Below, one piece after another: positions 19,341 to 29,872 of a DNA stretch of 64,000 nucleotides. This DNA comes from Candidatus Latescibacterota bacterium (GTDB lineage Bacteria; Latescibacterota; UBA2968), in assembly GCA_965207885.1 (NCBI GenBank), contig OZ242311.1, positions 3,776,001 to 3,840,000 on the forward strand, given 5' to 3'. Below the pieces are notes generated by a model. The model searched no databases. It was not told where the DNA came from and saw only the letters and a program-made list of their open reading frames with translations. Every line of letters begins with the position of its first letter. Position 1 is the stretch's first letter. Both the position numbers and the translations under genes were made by a program.

Positions 19341-20690
19341 ATGTCGAACTCCCGTCCGAATGTCCTCTGGCTTTTTCTCGAAGATGTGAACCCGTGGATG
19401 AGTTGTTATGGCGACCAGACCATACAAACGCCGAATATAGACGCGCTCGTCGCTTCGGGCATAAAATTTGATCGGGCGTATCAAACCTCTGGCGTATGCT
19501 CGCCTTCTCGCTCGGCAACAATTACCGGGATGTATCAAACCACCATAGGCGCGCACAACCACAACAGCTCATACCCCCTTTTACCCGAAGGGATAAAGAC
19601 AATACCCGAGTATTTTCGAGACGCCGGATATTACACATTTAACGAAGGCAAAACGCATTATAACTTTGTCTTTGAATTGGATGTTTTATTTAACCACCAT
19701 GGGAGCATGGATTTCAAAGGGGCAAAAAATGGCAGCGATTGGTCCGGATGTCCCCCTGGTCAACCGTTCTTCGGACAAATTCAGCTTCGGGGCGGCAAAA
19801 GCATCGGCCTGCTCAAAGGACCGGGCATCGATCCTGCCTCGGTACCCGTCCCATCGTTCTATCCCGACCACGAAATCATCCGCAGAGAAATTGCCCTGCA
19901 CTACGATTGTATCCTGCACACAGACCGGCAAGTGGGATGGATTTTGGAGCGATTAGAAGAAGATGGATTGCGCGAAAATACGATCATTTTTTTATTCAGC
20001 GACCACGGCATGCGGTTGCCGCGGCACAAGCAATTTATTTACGAAGGTGGTCACAAAATCCCATTGATAATTTCATGGCAGGGCAATACAGATATCGTAG
20101 CCCCTGGAAGTGTGCGCTCCGACCTCGTCAGCGGCATTGACATCGGTCCCACCTCTCTCGCGCTCGCTGGCCTCGGTGTGCCCGATTACATGGAAGGTCA
20201 AAATCTGTTTGGCGAACGCTTTGTCGAGCGCGACTACGTGATTGCGGCAAAAGACCGCTGCGATTTTACAATAGATCGCATGCGCACGGTGCGCACCCAG
20301 CGGTATCGCTATGTGCGGAACTTTATGACAGATCGCCCTTTTATGCAGGCGCAGTACCGCGATGGATCGGATTATATGGAACTGATACGTTCCATGCACG
20401 CCAACAACGAACTCACGCCCGAACAGGCATTTTTTTGGGCAGAGGAACGCATCGCAGAAGAATTTTACGATTGTGACGCCGATCCCGAAGAGGTGAACAA
20501 CCTCGTAGATGATCCAGACCATGCCGAAGCCTTGCAATACCACCGCGATATTCTGAAACAGTGGATTGCCCGGACCGATGACCAGGGTCAATATCCCGAA
20601 CCCGCAATCGGCTTGCGATGGGTGCTGAAACAGTGGGGAGATAAGTGTGTAAATCCGGAATATGATACAATAAAAAAGGAGACACAATGA
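19341..20690 (+). CDS. Sulfatase (Cys-type)
   Basis: 'RPNVLW', CSPSR motif, 'GKTH', 'FSDHG'. AGGAG RBS. Confidence 0.92.
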   Translation: MSNSRPNVLWLFLEDVNPWMSCYGDQTIQTPNIDALVASGIKFDRAYQTSGVCSPSRSATITGMYQTTIGAHNHNSSYPLLPEGIKTIPEYFRDAGYYTFNEGKTHYNFVFELDVLFNHHGSMDFKGAKNGSDWSGCPPGQPFFGQIQLRGGKSIGLLKGPGIDPASVPVPSFYPDHEIIRREIALHYDCILHTDRQVGWILERLEEDGLRENTIIFLFSDHGMRLPRHKQFIYEGGHKIPLIISWQGNTDIVAPGSVRSDLVSGIDIGPTSLALAGLGVPDYMEGQNLFGERFVERDYVIAAKDRCDFTIDRMRTVRTQRYRYVRNFMTDRPFMQAQYRDGSDYMELIRSMHANNELTPEQAFFWAEERIAEEFYDCDADPEEVNNLVDDPDHAEALQYHRDILKQWIARTDDQGQYPEPAIGLRWVLKQWGDKCVNPEYDTIKKETQ

Positions 20691-22390
20691 CCAGACCAAA
20701 TATTCTCGTGATCTTGACCGACGATCAGGGTTGGGGCGATTTGAGTGTACACGGCAATACAAATCTCAACACGCCCAATGTGGATTCTCTCGCACGAGAT
20801 GGCGCGCTATTCGACCGGTTTTACGTCTGCCCGGTATGCGCGCCCACGCGGGCAGAGTTTTTGACGGGACGCTATCATCTGCGCGGCGGTGTCCACGGCG
20901 TGAGTACTGGTGCCGAGCGACTAAACCTCGATGAGACCACCATTGCCGATGTGTTCAAAGCCGCCGGATACGCCACGGGTGCTTATGGCAAGTGGCACAA
21001 TGGCACGCAACATCCCTATCACCCCAATGCGCGGGGATTTGACGAGTTTTTTGGGTTCTGTTCCGGGCACTGGGGACAATATTTCGATGCCGAACTCGAA
21101 CACAATGGCGAACTCACGCGCGGAAAGGGATACTTACCCGATGAGTGTACAGACCGCGCGATGGATTTTATGGCGACAAATGTCGAACGCGATCAACCGT
21201 TCTTCTGTTATCTCCCCTACAATATCCCACACACGCCATTTCAGGTACCCGACGAGTTTTACGATCCATTCCGCGATAAACCGATTGAGATGCGGGCGAC
21301 CAATCCCGACCAGGAAGAAATAGTGCGCACGCGGGCGGCACTGGCTCTATGTGAAAATATCGATTGGAATGTGGGACGATTGCTGGACAAACTCGACGAA
21401 TTGGAAATCGCGGAAGACACTATTGTATTTTATTTTGGAGATAATGGGCCCAATGGCGCGCGATGGAATGGTGGGATGAAAGGCACAAAAGGATCAACAG
21501 ATGAAGGCGGCGTGCGCGTGGCGGGCTTGATGCGCTGGAAGGGGCATATTCAAGCGGGTACAGTAATTGAAGAAATCGCCGGGGCGATTGATCTATTGCC
21601 CACATTTGCAGACTTCGCGGATATCGACCTAAAAGTCGAAAAACCCCTGGATGGACGCAGTCTCAAACCCCTGCTATTGGGCGAAGATGTCGAATGGTCT
21701 GACCGCATCATCCTATCACATCAGCGGGCGCAATTGGGCGCGCGCAATCAGCGATTCCGATTGGACATAGAAGGCAAGTTATACGATATGGTCGCCGATG
21801 GTGGGCAGACAAAAGATGTGTCAAAAGAACACCCCGATGTCCACGCGGAACTGTCAGATACAGTAGCAAAATTTCACGCCGAAGTCTTGCCTGTAAACGA
21901 CGACCGCCCCTTTGCCACGGGCTACTGGGAAACGACTCGCTTGCCCGCCCGAGATGGGGTGCATCACGGTACAGTCCAGCGCAGTGCTGGCGCGCCCAAC
22001 TGTTCTTATTTCACGCACTGGACCCAGGTGGGCGATCGGATGACCTGGGATATTGAAGTCGGCACAACGGGCGACTATGAAGCGGCGGTTTATTATACAT
22101 GCCCGGAAGAAGATGTGGGATCAACCGTCGAGCTGGCATTTCACCCCGAGCACGACCAGACGACAAAAGTGCAAGGACAGGTAACCGACGCACACGACCC
22201 ACCACTCATCGGTGCAGCAGATGACCGCTATCCCCGCGGCGGTGAGTCCTATGTGAAGGATTTCGAGCCATTGACATTGGGCACAATCCACCTGAACGCG
22301 GGCAGAGGCACATTGACCTTGCGCGCCCTCGACGTACCCCACTCCCAGGTGATGGACGTGCGACGCGTGATGCTGACATTGAAGGAATAG
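20687..22390 (+). CDS. Arylsulfatase-family sulfatase with C-terminal beta-sandwich
   Basis: 'RPNILVILTDDQG', CAPTR motif, 'GKWH', 'GDNG', 'EGGVRV'. ATGA overlap with the upstream sulfatase. Confidence 0.92.
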   Translation: MTRPNILVILTDDQGWGDLSVHGNTNLNTPNVDSLARDGALFDRFYVCPVCAPTRAEFLTGRYHLRGGVHGVSTGAERLNLDETTIADVFKAAGYATGAYGKWHNGTQHPYHPNARGFDEFFGFCSGHWGQYFDAELEHNGELTRGKGYLPDECTDRAMDFMATNVERDQPFFCYLPYNIPHTPFQVPDEFYDPFRDKPIEMRATNPDQEEIVRTRAALALCENIDWNVGRLLDKLDELEIAEDTIVFYFGDNGPNGARWNGGMKGTKGSTDEGGVRVAGLMRWKGHIQAGTVIEEIAGAIDLLPTFADFADIDLKVEKPLDGRSLKPLLLGEDVEWSDRIILSHQRAQLGARNQRFRLDIEGKLYDMVADGGQTKDVSKEHPDVHAELSDTVAKFHAEVLPVNDDRPFATGYWETTRLPARDGVHHGTVQRSAGAPNCSYFTHWTQVGDRMTWDIEVGTTGDYEAAVYYTCPEEDVGSTVELAFHPEHDQTTKVQGQVTDAHDPPLIGAADDRYPRGGESYVKDFEPLTLGTIHLNAGRGTLTLRALDVPHSQVMDVRRVMLTLKE

Positions 22391-22428
22391 CAAACGAGAT
22401 AGACACGATTAAAAACGGGACTTTACAA

Positions 22429-22459
22429 TTTACTCAATACATTGAGTAAAATTACTCAA
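22429..22459. promoter_or_regulatory. Putative operator with three alternating TTACTCAA half-sites
   Basis: TTTACTCAAT-AC-ATTGAGTAAA perfect inverted repeat, overlapping TTGAGTAA-AA-TTACTCAA, about 50 bp upstream of the PhyH gene. Confidence 0.6.
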
Positions 22460-22510
22460 GACTCTTGGAAGGCAACTTATCAGAGGCCACGTTAACAAGG
22501 AAATCCAAAA

Positions 22511-23386
22511 ATGATCACCCCAAATTGGAATATCCTTCCCAAAGAAACCATCCGGGAATTCGATGAAAAGGGCTGTTTAATTGTGCGGCGGGCACTCGAT
22601 CAAAAAACAGTCGCACACTTGCTTGAAACATGCGACCGACTCATCGGCAGTGACATAAAAACAAACCGACAAACGCGCGAGAATGGATATTACGATGGCT
22701 TTCGCAACTGCATCGCCTTAGACGACGCCTTTCTACCCCTTCTCACACATCCTACAATCTTCCCCATGGTCGTGCAATTCCTCGGCGCGTATCTTCACCT
22801 CACCACCTCACATCTGATTTACAAACACCCCGACCCGCCTAGCACGCCTGATTTTGCCCGAGCACCAAACTGGCATCGCGATTACGGTCGCCTCAATAGC
22901 GACCTCCAGCACGCGGCTCCCCGGGGCATGCTCAAATGCGCTTATTATCTCACGGATCTCACCGAATCCAATGCGGGCGCCACACTCGTCGTGCCCGGCA
23001 GTAATCTATTGAGAGACCCCCTCGACATTCCCCCCAACGGCGATCCAGAAGGCGCACTCGAACCGCATCTCGAACCCGGAGACTGTCTCATCTTTGAAAA
23101 CCGCACCTATCACGCCGGCGGAGTCAACCTATCCAGCGAAACCCGCAAAGTCATCATGTTCGGTTATGGCTACAGATGGCTCGCGCCCATAGATTACCGC
23201 GTCCAACCCCAATCGCTATTGGACAAACTCGATCCATTGGGCCAGTACCTCCTTGGCGAAACACTGGTCAAAACAGAAGAATATCAAACCAGCGGCGGTG
23301 AAACCCCGCTCAAACCCTGGTGTGAGCAAAACAACCTGCCCCTCGTCAGACCACCAGTCTGGCAAGAAGATCTGGCTCTTGCCTGA
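22511..23386 (+). CDS. Phytanoyl-CoA dioxygenase (PhyH) family Fe/2OG dioxygenase
   Basis: 'WHRD' (HxD), 'YYLTD..SNAGATLVVPGSN', 'PGDCLIF..RTYH', 'N.S..RK'. Confidence 0.88.
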   Translation: MITPNWNILPKETIREFDEKGCLIVRRALDQKTVAHLLETCDRLIGSDIKTNRQTRENGYYDGFRNCIALDDAFLPLLTHPTIFPMVVQFLGAYLHLTTSHLIYKHPDPPSTPDFARAPNWHRDYGRLNSDLQHAAPRGMLKCAYYLTDLTESNAGATLVVPGSNLLRDPLDIPPNGDPEGALEPHLEPGDCLIFENRTYHAGGVNLSSETRKVIMFGYGYRWLAPIDYRVQPQSLLDKLDPLGQYLLGETLVKTEEYQTSGGETPLKPWCEQNNLPLVRPPVWQEDLALA

Positions 23387-23417
23387 TTATCAATCAACAG
23401 AAAAAAGAGGGTTATTA

Positions 23418-24263
23418 ATGGCACTACTCAAAGGAAAAGTAGCGATCATCACGGGTGGCGCAAGCGGCATTGGTCGCGCAACTGCTCGCCTCTTTGTCGA
23501 AGAAGGCGCGCAAGTCGTCATCGCAGACATCCAGGACGATAAAGGCCAGACTGTCGCTGAAGAACTCGGTCACAACGCCATCTTCCAGCACACCAATGTG
23601 AGACGGGAACCCGATATCAGAGCAATGATTGGCCTCGCGGTCTCGCATTTTGGACACCTGGATTGCCTCTTTAACAACGCCGGATACGGCGGTGTAGCGG
23701 GACCTGTTGAAGAAACATCCATGCGGGGTTTTGACAAAACCGTAAGCATTCTCCTGCGCGGCGTCTTCATGGGCATCAAACACGCGGCTCCCGTGATGAA
23801 AAAACAGGGATCGGGCAGCATCATCAGCACGGGTTCTGTCGCGGGCCTTCGCACGGGCTATGCGCCGCATGTGTACAGCGCGTGTAAAGCCGCTGTCATA
23901 CACCTCACCCGAACAACGGCAATGGAATTGGGACCTCACAACATCCGCGTCAACTGTATATGTCCGGGCGGCATTGCCACCCCCATATTTGCCCCGGCGC
24001 TGGACCTCGCGCCCGAAGAATCTGACAAAGCCTATCAACTCATGAGCGAAAAACTCGCTGGCGGACAGCCTATCCATCGTGCGGGTCAGCCCGAAGACAT
24101 CGCACACGCAGCCCTCTATCTCGCCAGCGATCACGCCTCATTTGTCAACGGTCACGCCCTCGTCGTCGATGGCGGCCTCATCGGCGGCCAAAAATGGGAC
24201 AGATCCTGGATCGCCCGAGAGGGGCTTACGTCTGATGAGGACATACGTGAAGAAGGAGAATAA
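23418..24263 (+). CDS. SDR family oxidoreductase
   Basis: 'TGGASGIG', 'NNAG', 'YSACK', 'IRVNCICPG', 'VDGG'. Confidence 0.95.
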   Translation: MALLKGKVAIITGGASGIGRATARLFVEEGAQVVIADIQDDKGQTVAEELGHNAIFQHTNVRREPDIRAMIGLAVSHFGHLDCLFNNAGYGGVAGPVEETSMRGFDKTVSILLRGVFMGIKHAAPVMKKQGSGSIISTGSVAGLRTGYAPHVYSACKAAVIHLTRTTAMELGPHNIRVNCICPGGIATPIFAPALDLAPEESDKAYQLMSEKLAGGQPIHRAGQPEDIAHAALYLASDHASFVNGHALVVDGGLIGGQKWDRSWIAREGLTSDEDIREEGE

Positions 24264-24264
24264 T

Positions 24265-25245
24265 ATGAACCGCGTCTTAATCTCATTGGCCCTCATGCTC
24301 TTCATCGCTTGTGGCAGTGAACAAACCGGACCGGCAAAAACGACTATTGCCGTCATACCCAAAGGCACAACCCACGAATTCTGGAAATCGATTCACGCAG
24401 GTGCTGTCAAAGCGCAGCGCGAGTTAGACATAGAAATAATATGGAAAGGTCCACTCAAAGAAGACGATCGCGAAGACCAGATTGCACTGGTCGAAAACTT
24501 CATCTCTCGCGGCGTTTCGGGCATTGTGCTCGCGCCCCTCGACGACACTGCCCTTCGCGTACCCGTCGCCAATGCCGTACACAGCGGCATCCCGGTCGTC
24601 ATTATCGACTCGGGGCTCCAAAGCGATGACTTCGTCTCCTTTGTCGCCACCGACAATTACCGCGGAGGACGCCTCGCAGGTGCCGACATGGCCCAACGCC
24701 TGAACGAAAAGGGCAAAGTCATCATGCTGCGTTACCAGGAAGGCTCTGCCAGTACAATGAAACGCGAACAGGGATTTCTCGACGCAATTGGCGAGCATTC
24801 AGACATCGAAATCGCCTCATCAAATCAACACGGCGGTGCCACCACTGAAAGCGCGTATCAGGCCAGCGAAAACTTGCTCGCCCCCTTGAAAGATGCAAAC
24901 GGCAAACTCACCATCCAGGGCATCTTCTGTCCCAACGAATCCACCACATTTGGCATGCTGCGCGCCCTGCAAGACGCGGGCCTTGCCAGCAGTGTCATAT
25001 TCATCGGCTTTGACAGTTCGGAAAAACTTGTCGAAGCCCTCAAAAACGATCAGATCCACGGACTTGTACTGCAAAATCCTTTTAGAATGGGCTACCTCGG
25101 CGTCAAAACCATAGTAGCACACCTCCAAAACCAACCCGTTGAAAAGCGCGTTGACACCGGCGTTGCCCTCGTCACCAAAGACAACATGAACGATCCAGAC
25201 ATCAAAGACGTATTAACGCCAGACCTGGATAAATGGCTTAAGTAA
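24265..25245 (+). CDS. Sugar ABC transporter substrate-binding lipoprotein (RbsB-like)
   Basis: Lipobox 'FIAC', 'KGTTHEFW', 'ATDNY..G', 'IGFD', 'QNPFRMGY'. Confidence 0.92.
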   Translation: MNRVLISLALMLFIACGSEQTGPAKTTIAVIPKGTTHEFWKSIHAGAVKAQRELDIEIIWKGPLKEDDREDQIALVENFISRGVSGIVLAPLDDTALRVPVANAVHSGIPVVIIDSGLQSDDFVSFVATDNYRGGRLAGADMAQRLNEKGKVIMLRYQEGSASTMKREQGFLDAIGEHSDIEIASSNQHGGATTESAYQASENLLAPLKDANGKLTIQGIFCPNESTTFGMLRALQDAGLASSVIFIGFDSSEKLVEALKNDQIHGLVLQNPFRMGYLGVKTIVAHLQNQPVEKRVDTGVALVTKDNMNDPDIKDVLTPDLDKWLK

Positions 25246-25258
25246 ATGGAGGAAATAG

Positions 25259-26773
25259 GTGAAAAAACTTTTTCGAATTGCGCTAATTATCACCGCCATC
25301 CCTTCAATTGCCCTATCGCAGACCTTACCCAACCTGACTGCGCTAAGCGAAACGATTAAGCCGCAAGTATCGTCAATTCGGTTACTCAACTTTATCCAGC
25401 CATTCACAATACGCTATCAGACAAACGCGGAAATCACCGCATTCATAAGCGATGAGTTCAATCAGACTGTACCGCAAACAATTCGTCAAAACTACGATCT
25501 ATTCATCCGCGCCATCGGGTTGTACCACGGAGGTATCCCCTTCGACTTCGAAGCTCTGATAAGAGCCTCACAGAGCCAAATAGGTGCCTATTACTATCCC
25601 GCAAACCGTTCTATCAACATCCCGATAGGATCAATTCCCATACAAGAGCTTCGAGTAATCGTAGTCCATGAACTTACGCATGTGCTACAGGACCAACACT
25701 TTGGACTCGACCGTTTACTCAGCACAACAAACAGCGACAAATTATTAGCCCATCAAGCTCTCGCCGAAGGCGATGCAACGCTGGTGGAATACCTCTGGTT
25801 TTTAGATCGCACTGGACAAGCGATGTCAGATGCCCAACTACAGCAATTCGTAAACACGGTTGCCAACACGACGGTTGGCGAAGTCAAGCGCAACCTCAAA
25901 GATGCAACAGCAGATCCACAGGTCGTCAAAGCGATTGACGAAACCCCCGATTTTATATTCGAACAACAACTTGGAATCTACTTTCGCGGAATGGCCTTTG
26001 TATTTGACCTGAAAAAACGCGGGGGATGGGCAACAGTAAATCGCGCGTACACCAATTTGCCAATGTCAATGGAACACATCCTTCACCCAGACAAATACTT
26101 CGCAGGAGAATCTCTCGAGGAGATCGCACTTCCTGATTTGGCAAATGAAACCTTCACAGGAAATTGGGAATTGCTGGACAGGGATACACTGGGCGAATTT
26201 GGACTCAGAATTATCTTCAATACCTTTGCTATCCCATCACACTCAGCGGCCGCAGGCTGGCATGGCGACCAGTATGTCGTCCTCAAACACCGCCAGGATA
26301 ATACACCCGCTCTCGTCCTGTTCACGACCTGGGATACGGAACGAGACGCGACGGAGTTCAAAACTGCCTACGAAGGCGTGCTCGCAATAAAACACCGTGG
26401 ATCTACAGACTTCAGGATTGAGCAGCAAGGGACAGACGTGTTAATCTCTGAATCGTCTCGGGATCTCGACCTGTTATTTGCTTACCTCGAAAAAGTTCGA
26501 TTCACCCCCACGGTCGCACTCGAAATTTTCGATTTTGACGGCGATTTCACGATCGGCTTCTCGGACTTCCTCATGTTCGCCGCCCATTTTGGCAAGAGCA
26601 GTTCGGATCCGGATTTTGACCCGCGATTTGACATCGATGCAGATGGTATGATCGGCTTCTCGGACTTTCTCGCATTCGCTTCTGCTTTTGGAAAACAAAT
26701 TACGCCCAACTCAAAACCCGCTGTCGTGATTGACCCGCACATTATCCACCGCACGCTGGGATTTATCCGATAG
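25259..26773 (+). CDS. Secreted putative zinc-metallopeptidase-like protein with C-terminal paired EF-hand/dockerin-like repeats
   Basis: Signal peptide, 'HELTHVLQDQHF', 'ALAEGDA', 'EHILHPDKY', 'AAAGWHGD', two 'DxDxD..IGFSDFL.FA..FGK' repeats. Confidence 0.75.
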   Translation: MKKLFRIALIITAIPSIALSQTLPNLTALSETIKPQVSSIRLLNFIQPFTIRYQTNAEITAFISDEFNQTVPQTIRQNYDLFIRAIGLYHGGIPFDFEALIRASQSQIGAYYYPANRSINIPIGSIPIQELRVIVVHELTHVLQDQHFGLDRLLSTTNSDKLLAHQALAEGDATLVEYLWFLDRTGQAMSDAQLQQFVNTVANTTVGEVKRNLKDATADPQVVKAIDETPDFIFEQQLGIYFRGMAFVFDLKKRGGWATVNRAYTNLPMSMEHILHPDKYFAGESLEEIALPDLANETFTGNWELLDRDTLGEFGLRIIFNTFAIPSHSAAAGWHGDQYVVLKHRQDNTPALVLFTTWDTERDATEFKTAYEGVLAIKHRGSTDFRIEQQGTDVLISESSRDLDLLFAYLEKVRFTPTVALEIFDFDGDFTIGFSDFLMFAAHFGKSSSDPDFDPRFDIDADGMIGFSDFLAFASAFGKQITPNSKPAVVIDPHIIHRTLGFIR

Positions 26774-26792
26774 GCGGTCAGGCATATCCTCT

Positions 26793-28277
26793 ATGTCCAT
26801 ATCCAAACATCCGCGCTTTGCCATGCGCGGCATTCGCAAAGTCTTTGGCGCGACCGTCGCGCTCGACAATGTCGATTTTGCCGTTTCAACTGGCGAAATC
26901 CACGCCCTCATCGGCGAAAATGGCGCGGGCAAAAGCACCCTGATGAAAGTGCTATCGGGAGCCTTGCAACCCGATGCCGGGGAAATGACCGTTGACGGAT
27001 CGCCCTTCGCACCTGCCAATCCCCTCCAGGCACGCCAGCAGGGCGTAGCCATGATCTATCAAGAACTCTCCCTCGCGCCCCATCTAACCGTTGTAGAAAA
27101 CGTCCTCCTCGGAATGGAAATCACGCGACGCGGGTTATTGCAAAAATCAGACATGCACGCCCTTGTCCAAAACGCGCTGACAGAACTCGACCATGCCGAT
27201 ATCGATCCCCACGCGCGCGTGAGCACCCTCACCATAGCCGAACGACAAATCGTAGAAATTGCACGCGCACTCTCTGTTCAATGCCGCGTCCTCGTCCTCG
27301 ACGAACCCACCAGCAGCCTCACGCGCGCAGATGCCGACCGTTTATTTCGCGTGATGCAACGCCTGAAAGCGCGAAATTTGGCAATCGTCTATATCTCGCA
27401 TTTCCTCGAAGAAATCAAAGAAATCGCCGATCAATTCACAGTTCTGCGAGACGGTAAAAAAGCTGGCAGCGGCCCGGCCGCCCAAACCCCCATATCCGAC
27501 ATCGTTCACCTCATGGTCGGCCGGCAAATCAACGATTTTTTTCCGCGCACCAAACGCACACCGGGCGAACCCCTCCTCGACCTCACAGGCGGCCCTCTCC
27601 CTCACAGCGCGTCCCTCGTCCTGCACCGCGGAGAAGTACTCGGCATTGGTGGACTCATCGGCGCGGGCCGCACAGAACTTTTGCGCGCCATCTTTGGCCT
27701 TGACCCCATCCGCAAAGGCAATATCACCTTCGCGCACAACACTGCCCGAGCAACGCCAGCACAGCGTCTTGCGCAGGGCATGGGATTGCTCAGCGAAGAC
27801 CGCAAAGAAGAGGGCCTCGCCCAATCGATGAGTCTGACCGATAACCTCACCCTGTCGCACTTGCCCAGAGGGATCATCTTTCCCAAAAAACTGCGCGCCA
27901 GTGCGCGCCAGTGGATATCTCGCCTCGGAATTCGCACATCGGGACCTGCACAATCCATTGCAGACCTCTCCGGCGGCAACCAGCAAAAAGTCGCGCTCGC
28001 CCGCCTGCTCTACCACGACGTAGATTGCCTCCTTCTGGACGAACCCACGCGCGGTATTGACATTGCCAGCAAAGCCGACATCTACTACCTGATTGACCAA
28101 CTCGCAACACAGGGCAAAGCCATTCTCCTCGTAAGCAGTTACCTCCCCGAACTCCTCGGGATATGCGATCGCATCGCCGTCATGTACCGCGGTCAACTCG
28201 GCCCAGCGCATCCTGTTGATCAGTGCAGCGAACACAGCCTCCTGCTCGAAGCGACCGGACAGGAGGTCGCACAGTGA
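26793..28277 (+). CDS. Sugar ABC transporter ATP-binding protein (RbsA-like)
   Basis: 'GENGAGKST', 'LDEPT' twice, 'LSGGNQQKV', 'EDRKEEGL'. Confidence 0.95.
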   Translation: MSISKHPRFAMRGIRKVFGATVALDNVDFAVSTGEIHALIGENGAGKSTLMKVLSGALQPDAGEMTVDGSPFAPANPLQARQQGVAMIYQELSLAPHLTVVENVLLGMEITRRGLLQKSDMHALVQNALTELDHADIDPHARVSTLTIAERQIVEIARALSVQCRVLVLDEPTSSLTRADADRLFRVMQRLKARNLAIVYISHFLEEIKEIADQFTVLRDGKKAGSGPAAQTPISDIVHLMVGRQINDFFPRTKRTPGEPLLDLTGGPLPHSASLVLHRGEVLGIGGLIGAGRTELLRAIFGLDPIRKGNITFAHNTARATPAQRLAQGMGLLSEDRKEEGLAQSMSLTDNLTLSHLPRGIIFPKKLRASARQWISRLGIRTSGPAQSIADLSGGNQQKVALARLLYHDVDCLLLDEPTRGIDIASKADIYYLIDQLATQGKAILLVSSYLPELLGICDRIAVMYRGQLGPAHPVDQCSEHSLLLEATGQEVAQ

Positions 28278-29212
28278 ATCATCTATCGCGCGTTGTCCCC
28301 TTGCTGGGCCTACTTGCAGTGTACGGCCTATTCGCCATTCTCGGTCCCGACAGCTTTAGCAGCGGTCGCAACCTCGAAACCATCGCGCGTCAAACAGCCA
28401 TTGTAGGCACGGCAGCACTCGGCATGACCCTCGTCATCATTGCCGGAGGCATTGACCTATCCGTCGGCTCCATCATAGCCCTGACCACTGTCACCATCGC
28501 CGCATCGCTCCAGACTGATCTGTCACCCCCTGTTGCCGCGCTCATCGGCATACTCACAGGTGCGCTGTGTGGCCTTGTCAACGGCCTGATCATCACCCGT
28601 TTTCGCGTCGTGCCTTTTATCGTCACACTCGGCACGCTACTGCTCGTGCGCGGCATTGCCAAAGGACTGGCCAGCGAACAAAAAATCGACGCCCCCCTCA
28701 CCTATCTCATCGACCTGCTCGCAGCACTACCGCAAGGTGCGTGGTGGATATTCCCACCCGGCGTATGGCTCCTCATCATCCTCGCCCTGCTCACCGGCGG
28801 ATTCCTCGCCTATACCCGACCTGGCAAACACATCGTCGCCATTGGATCCAACGAAAACACGGCTCGCCTGTGCGGTATCCGCGTCGAAGCCACCAAATTA
28901 CTCGTCTATACCCTCGCCGGAACATCCGCAGGCATAGCCGGGCTCCTCCAATTTTCTCGCCTCACCGTAGGCGATCCCACGGTCGCTGTTGGCCTCGAAC
29001 TCGACGTCATTGCAGCCGTTGTCATCGGCGGGGGCAGCCTCTCAGGCGGCGAAGGCTCAGTACTCGGCAGCGTGGTCGGCGCCCTGATCATGACCGTCAT
29101 CCGCTCTGGCTGTTCACAAATGGGCTTGCCAAATTGGGTACAAGAAATCGTCACCGGCATTATTATAGTCATCGCCGTGGCAGTCGATAGACTGAGACAT
29201 CGAGAAAGATAG
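28274..29212 (+). CDS. Sugar ABC transporter permease (RbsC-like)
   Basis: 'GGIDLSVGS', 'PFIVTLG', 'ELDVIAAVVIGGGSLSGG'. GTG start overlaps the upstream TGA, with AGGAGG RBS. Confidence 0.93.
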   Translation: MNHLSRVVPLLGLLAVYGLFAILGPDSFSSGRNLETIARQTAIVGTAALGMTLVIIAGGIDLSVGSIIALTTVTIAASLQTDLSPPVAALIGILTGALCGLVNGLIITRFRVVPFIVTLGTLLLVRGIAKGLASEQKIDAPLTYLIDLLAALPQGAWWIFPPGVWLLIILALLTGGFLAYTRPGKHIVAIGSNENTARLCGIRVEATKLLVYTLAGTSAGIAGLLQFSRLTVGDPTVAVGLELDVIAAVVIGGGSLSGGEGSVLGSVVGALIMTVIRSGCSQMGLPNWVQEIVTGIIIVIAVAVDRLRHRER

Positions 29213-29332
29213 ACGAAGTAATCCAGTCTATTTTTTGCAACTTATTTTTCATACCTGAGTTAGAAAAAACATATCTTATTGTAGACCCGAGCCAACGACG
29301 TGGCTCATTCACCCATTCCAAGGAGTACACCC

Positions 29333-29776
29333 ATGCAAACCCTACACACGCTCTCCCTCATCGCCCTCGCCTTTTTGTTCACCACAGCCCCTGCCTTTGC
29401 AGGCACCGTCGAAGTAGAAGGCGAAGGCACACCAGCCCTGTACGTGGTCAAGGTACACGCTGACTGGTGCGGCTCCTGCAAGGCACTGGTGCCCATTCTC
29501 GACGAAGTCCGAGAAACCATGTCTGCCGAGCCTGTCCTCTTTCTCACCCTGGACGTGACCGACGCAGACCGCACCGGCCAGGCCCGCCTGCTGGCCGCAG
29601 CCCTCGGCATAGAGCAACACCTCAAAACCAATAACAAGACCGGGCTGGTCCTGATCATCAACCCCTCGGATAAAGCCCTACTGGAAACCCTGACTAAGGA
29701 AAACACCGCCGATGAAATGATCGGCAAAATCGAGGCCCGTATTGCCGAAACTGCGGACGAGGACATGGACATGTGA
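29333..29776 (+). CDS. Exported thioredoxin-fold protein
   Basis: AAGGAG RBS, signal peptide ending AFA, 'HADWCGSCK'. Confidence 0.85.
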   Translation: MQTLHTLSLIALAFLFTTAPAFAGTVEVEGEGTPALYVVKVHADWCGSCKALVPILDEVRETMSAEPVLFLTLDVTDADRTGQARLLAAALGIEQHLKTNNKTGLVLIINPSDKALLETLTKENTADEMIGKIEARIAETADEDMDM

Positions 29777-29872
29777 GGCAAGAGATCGAATTACGGTGCA
29801 TCGCTTAGCGAACACTGGGCGATGTACCTGAAAAATCAACTATATCAAAACTGCAATTATCGGAATCAACAC

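Noticed and set aside
29305-29781. 158-aa antisense ORF mirroring the thioredoxin gene, and other long antisense ORFs (27342-28235, 30203-30985, 23424-24134, 51802-52611)
   Set aside because: Shadow ORFs caused by codon bias of well-supported opposite-strand genes. No recognisable motifs.
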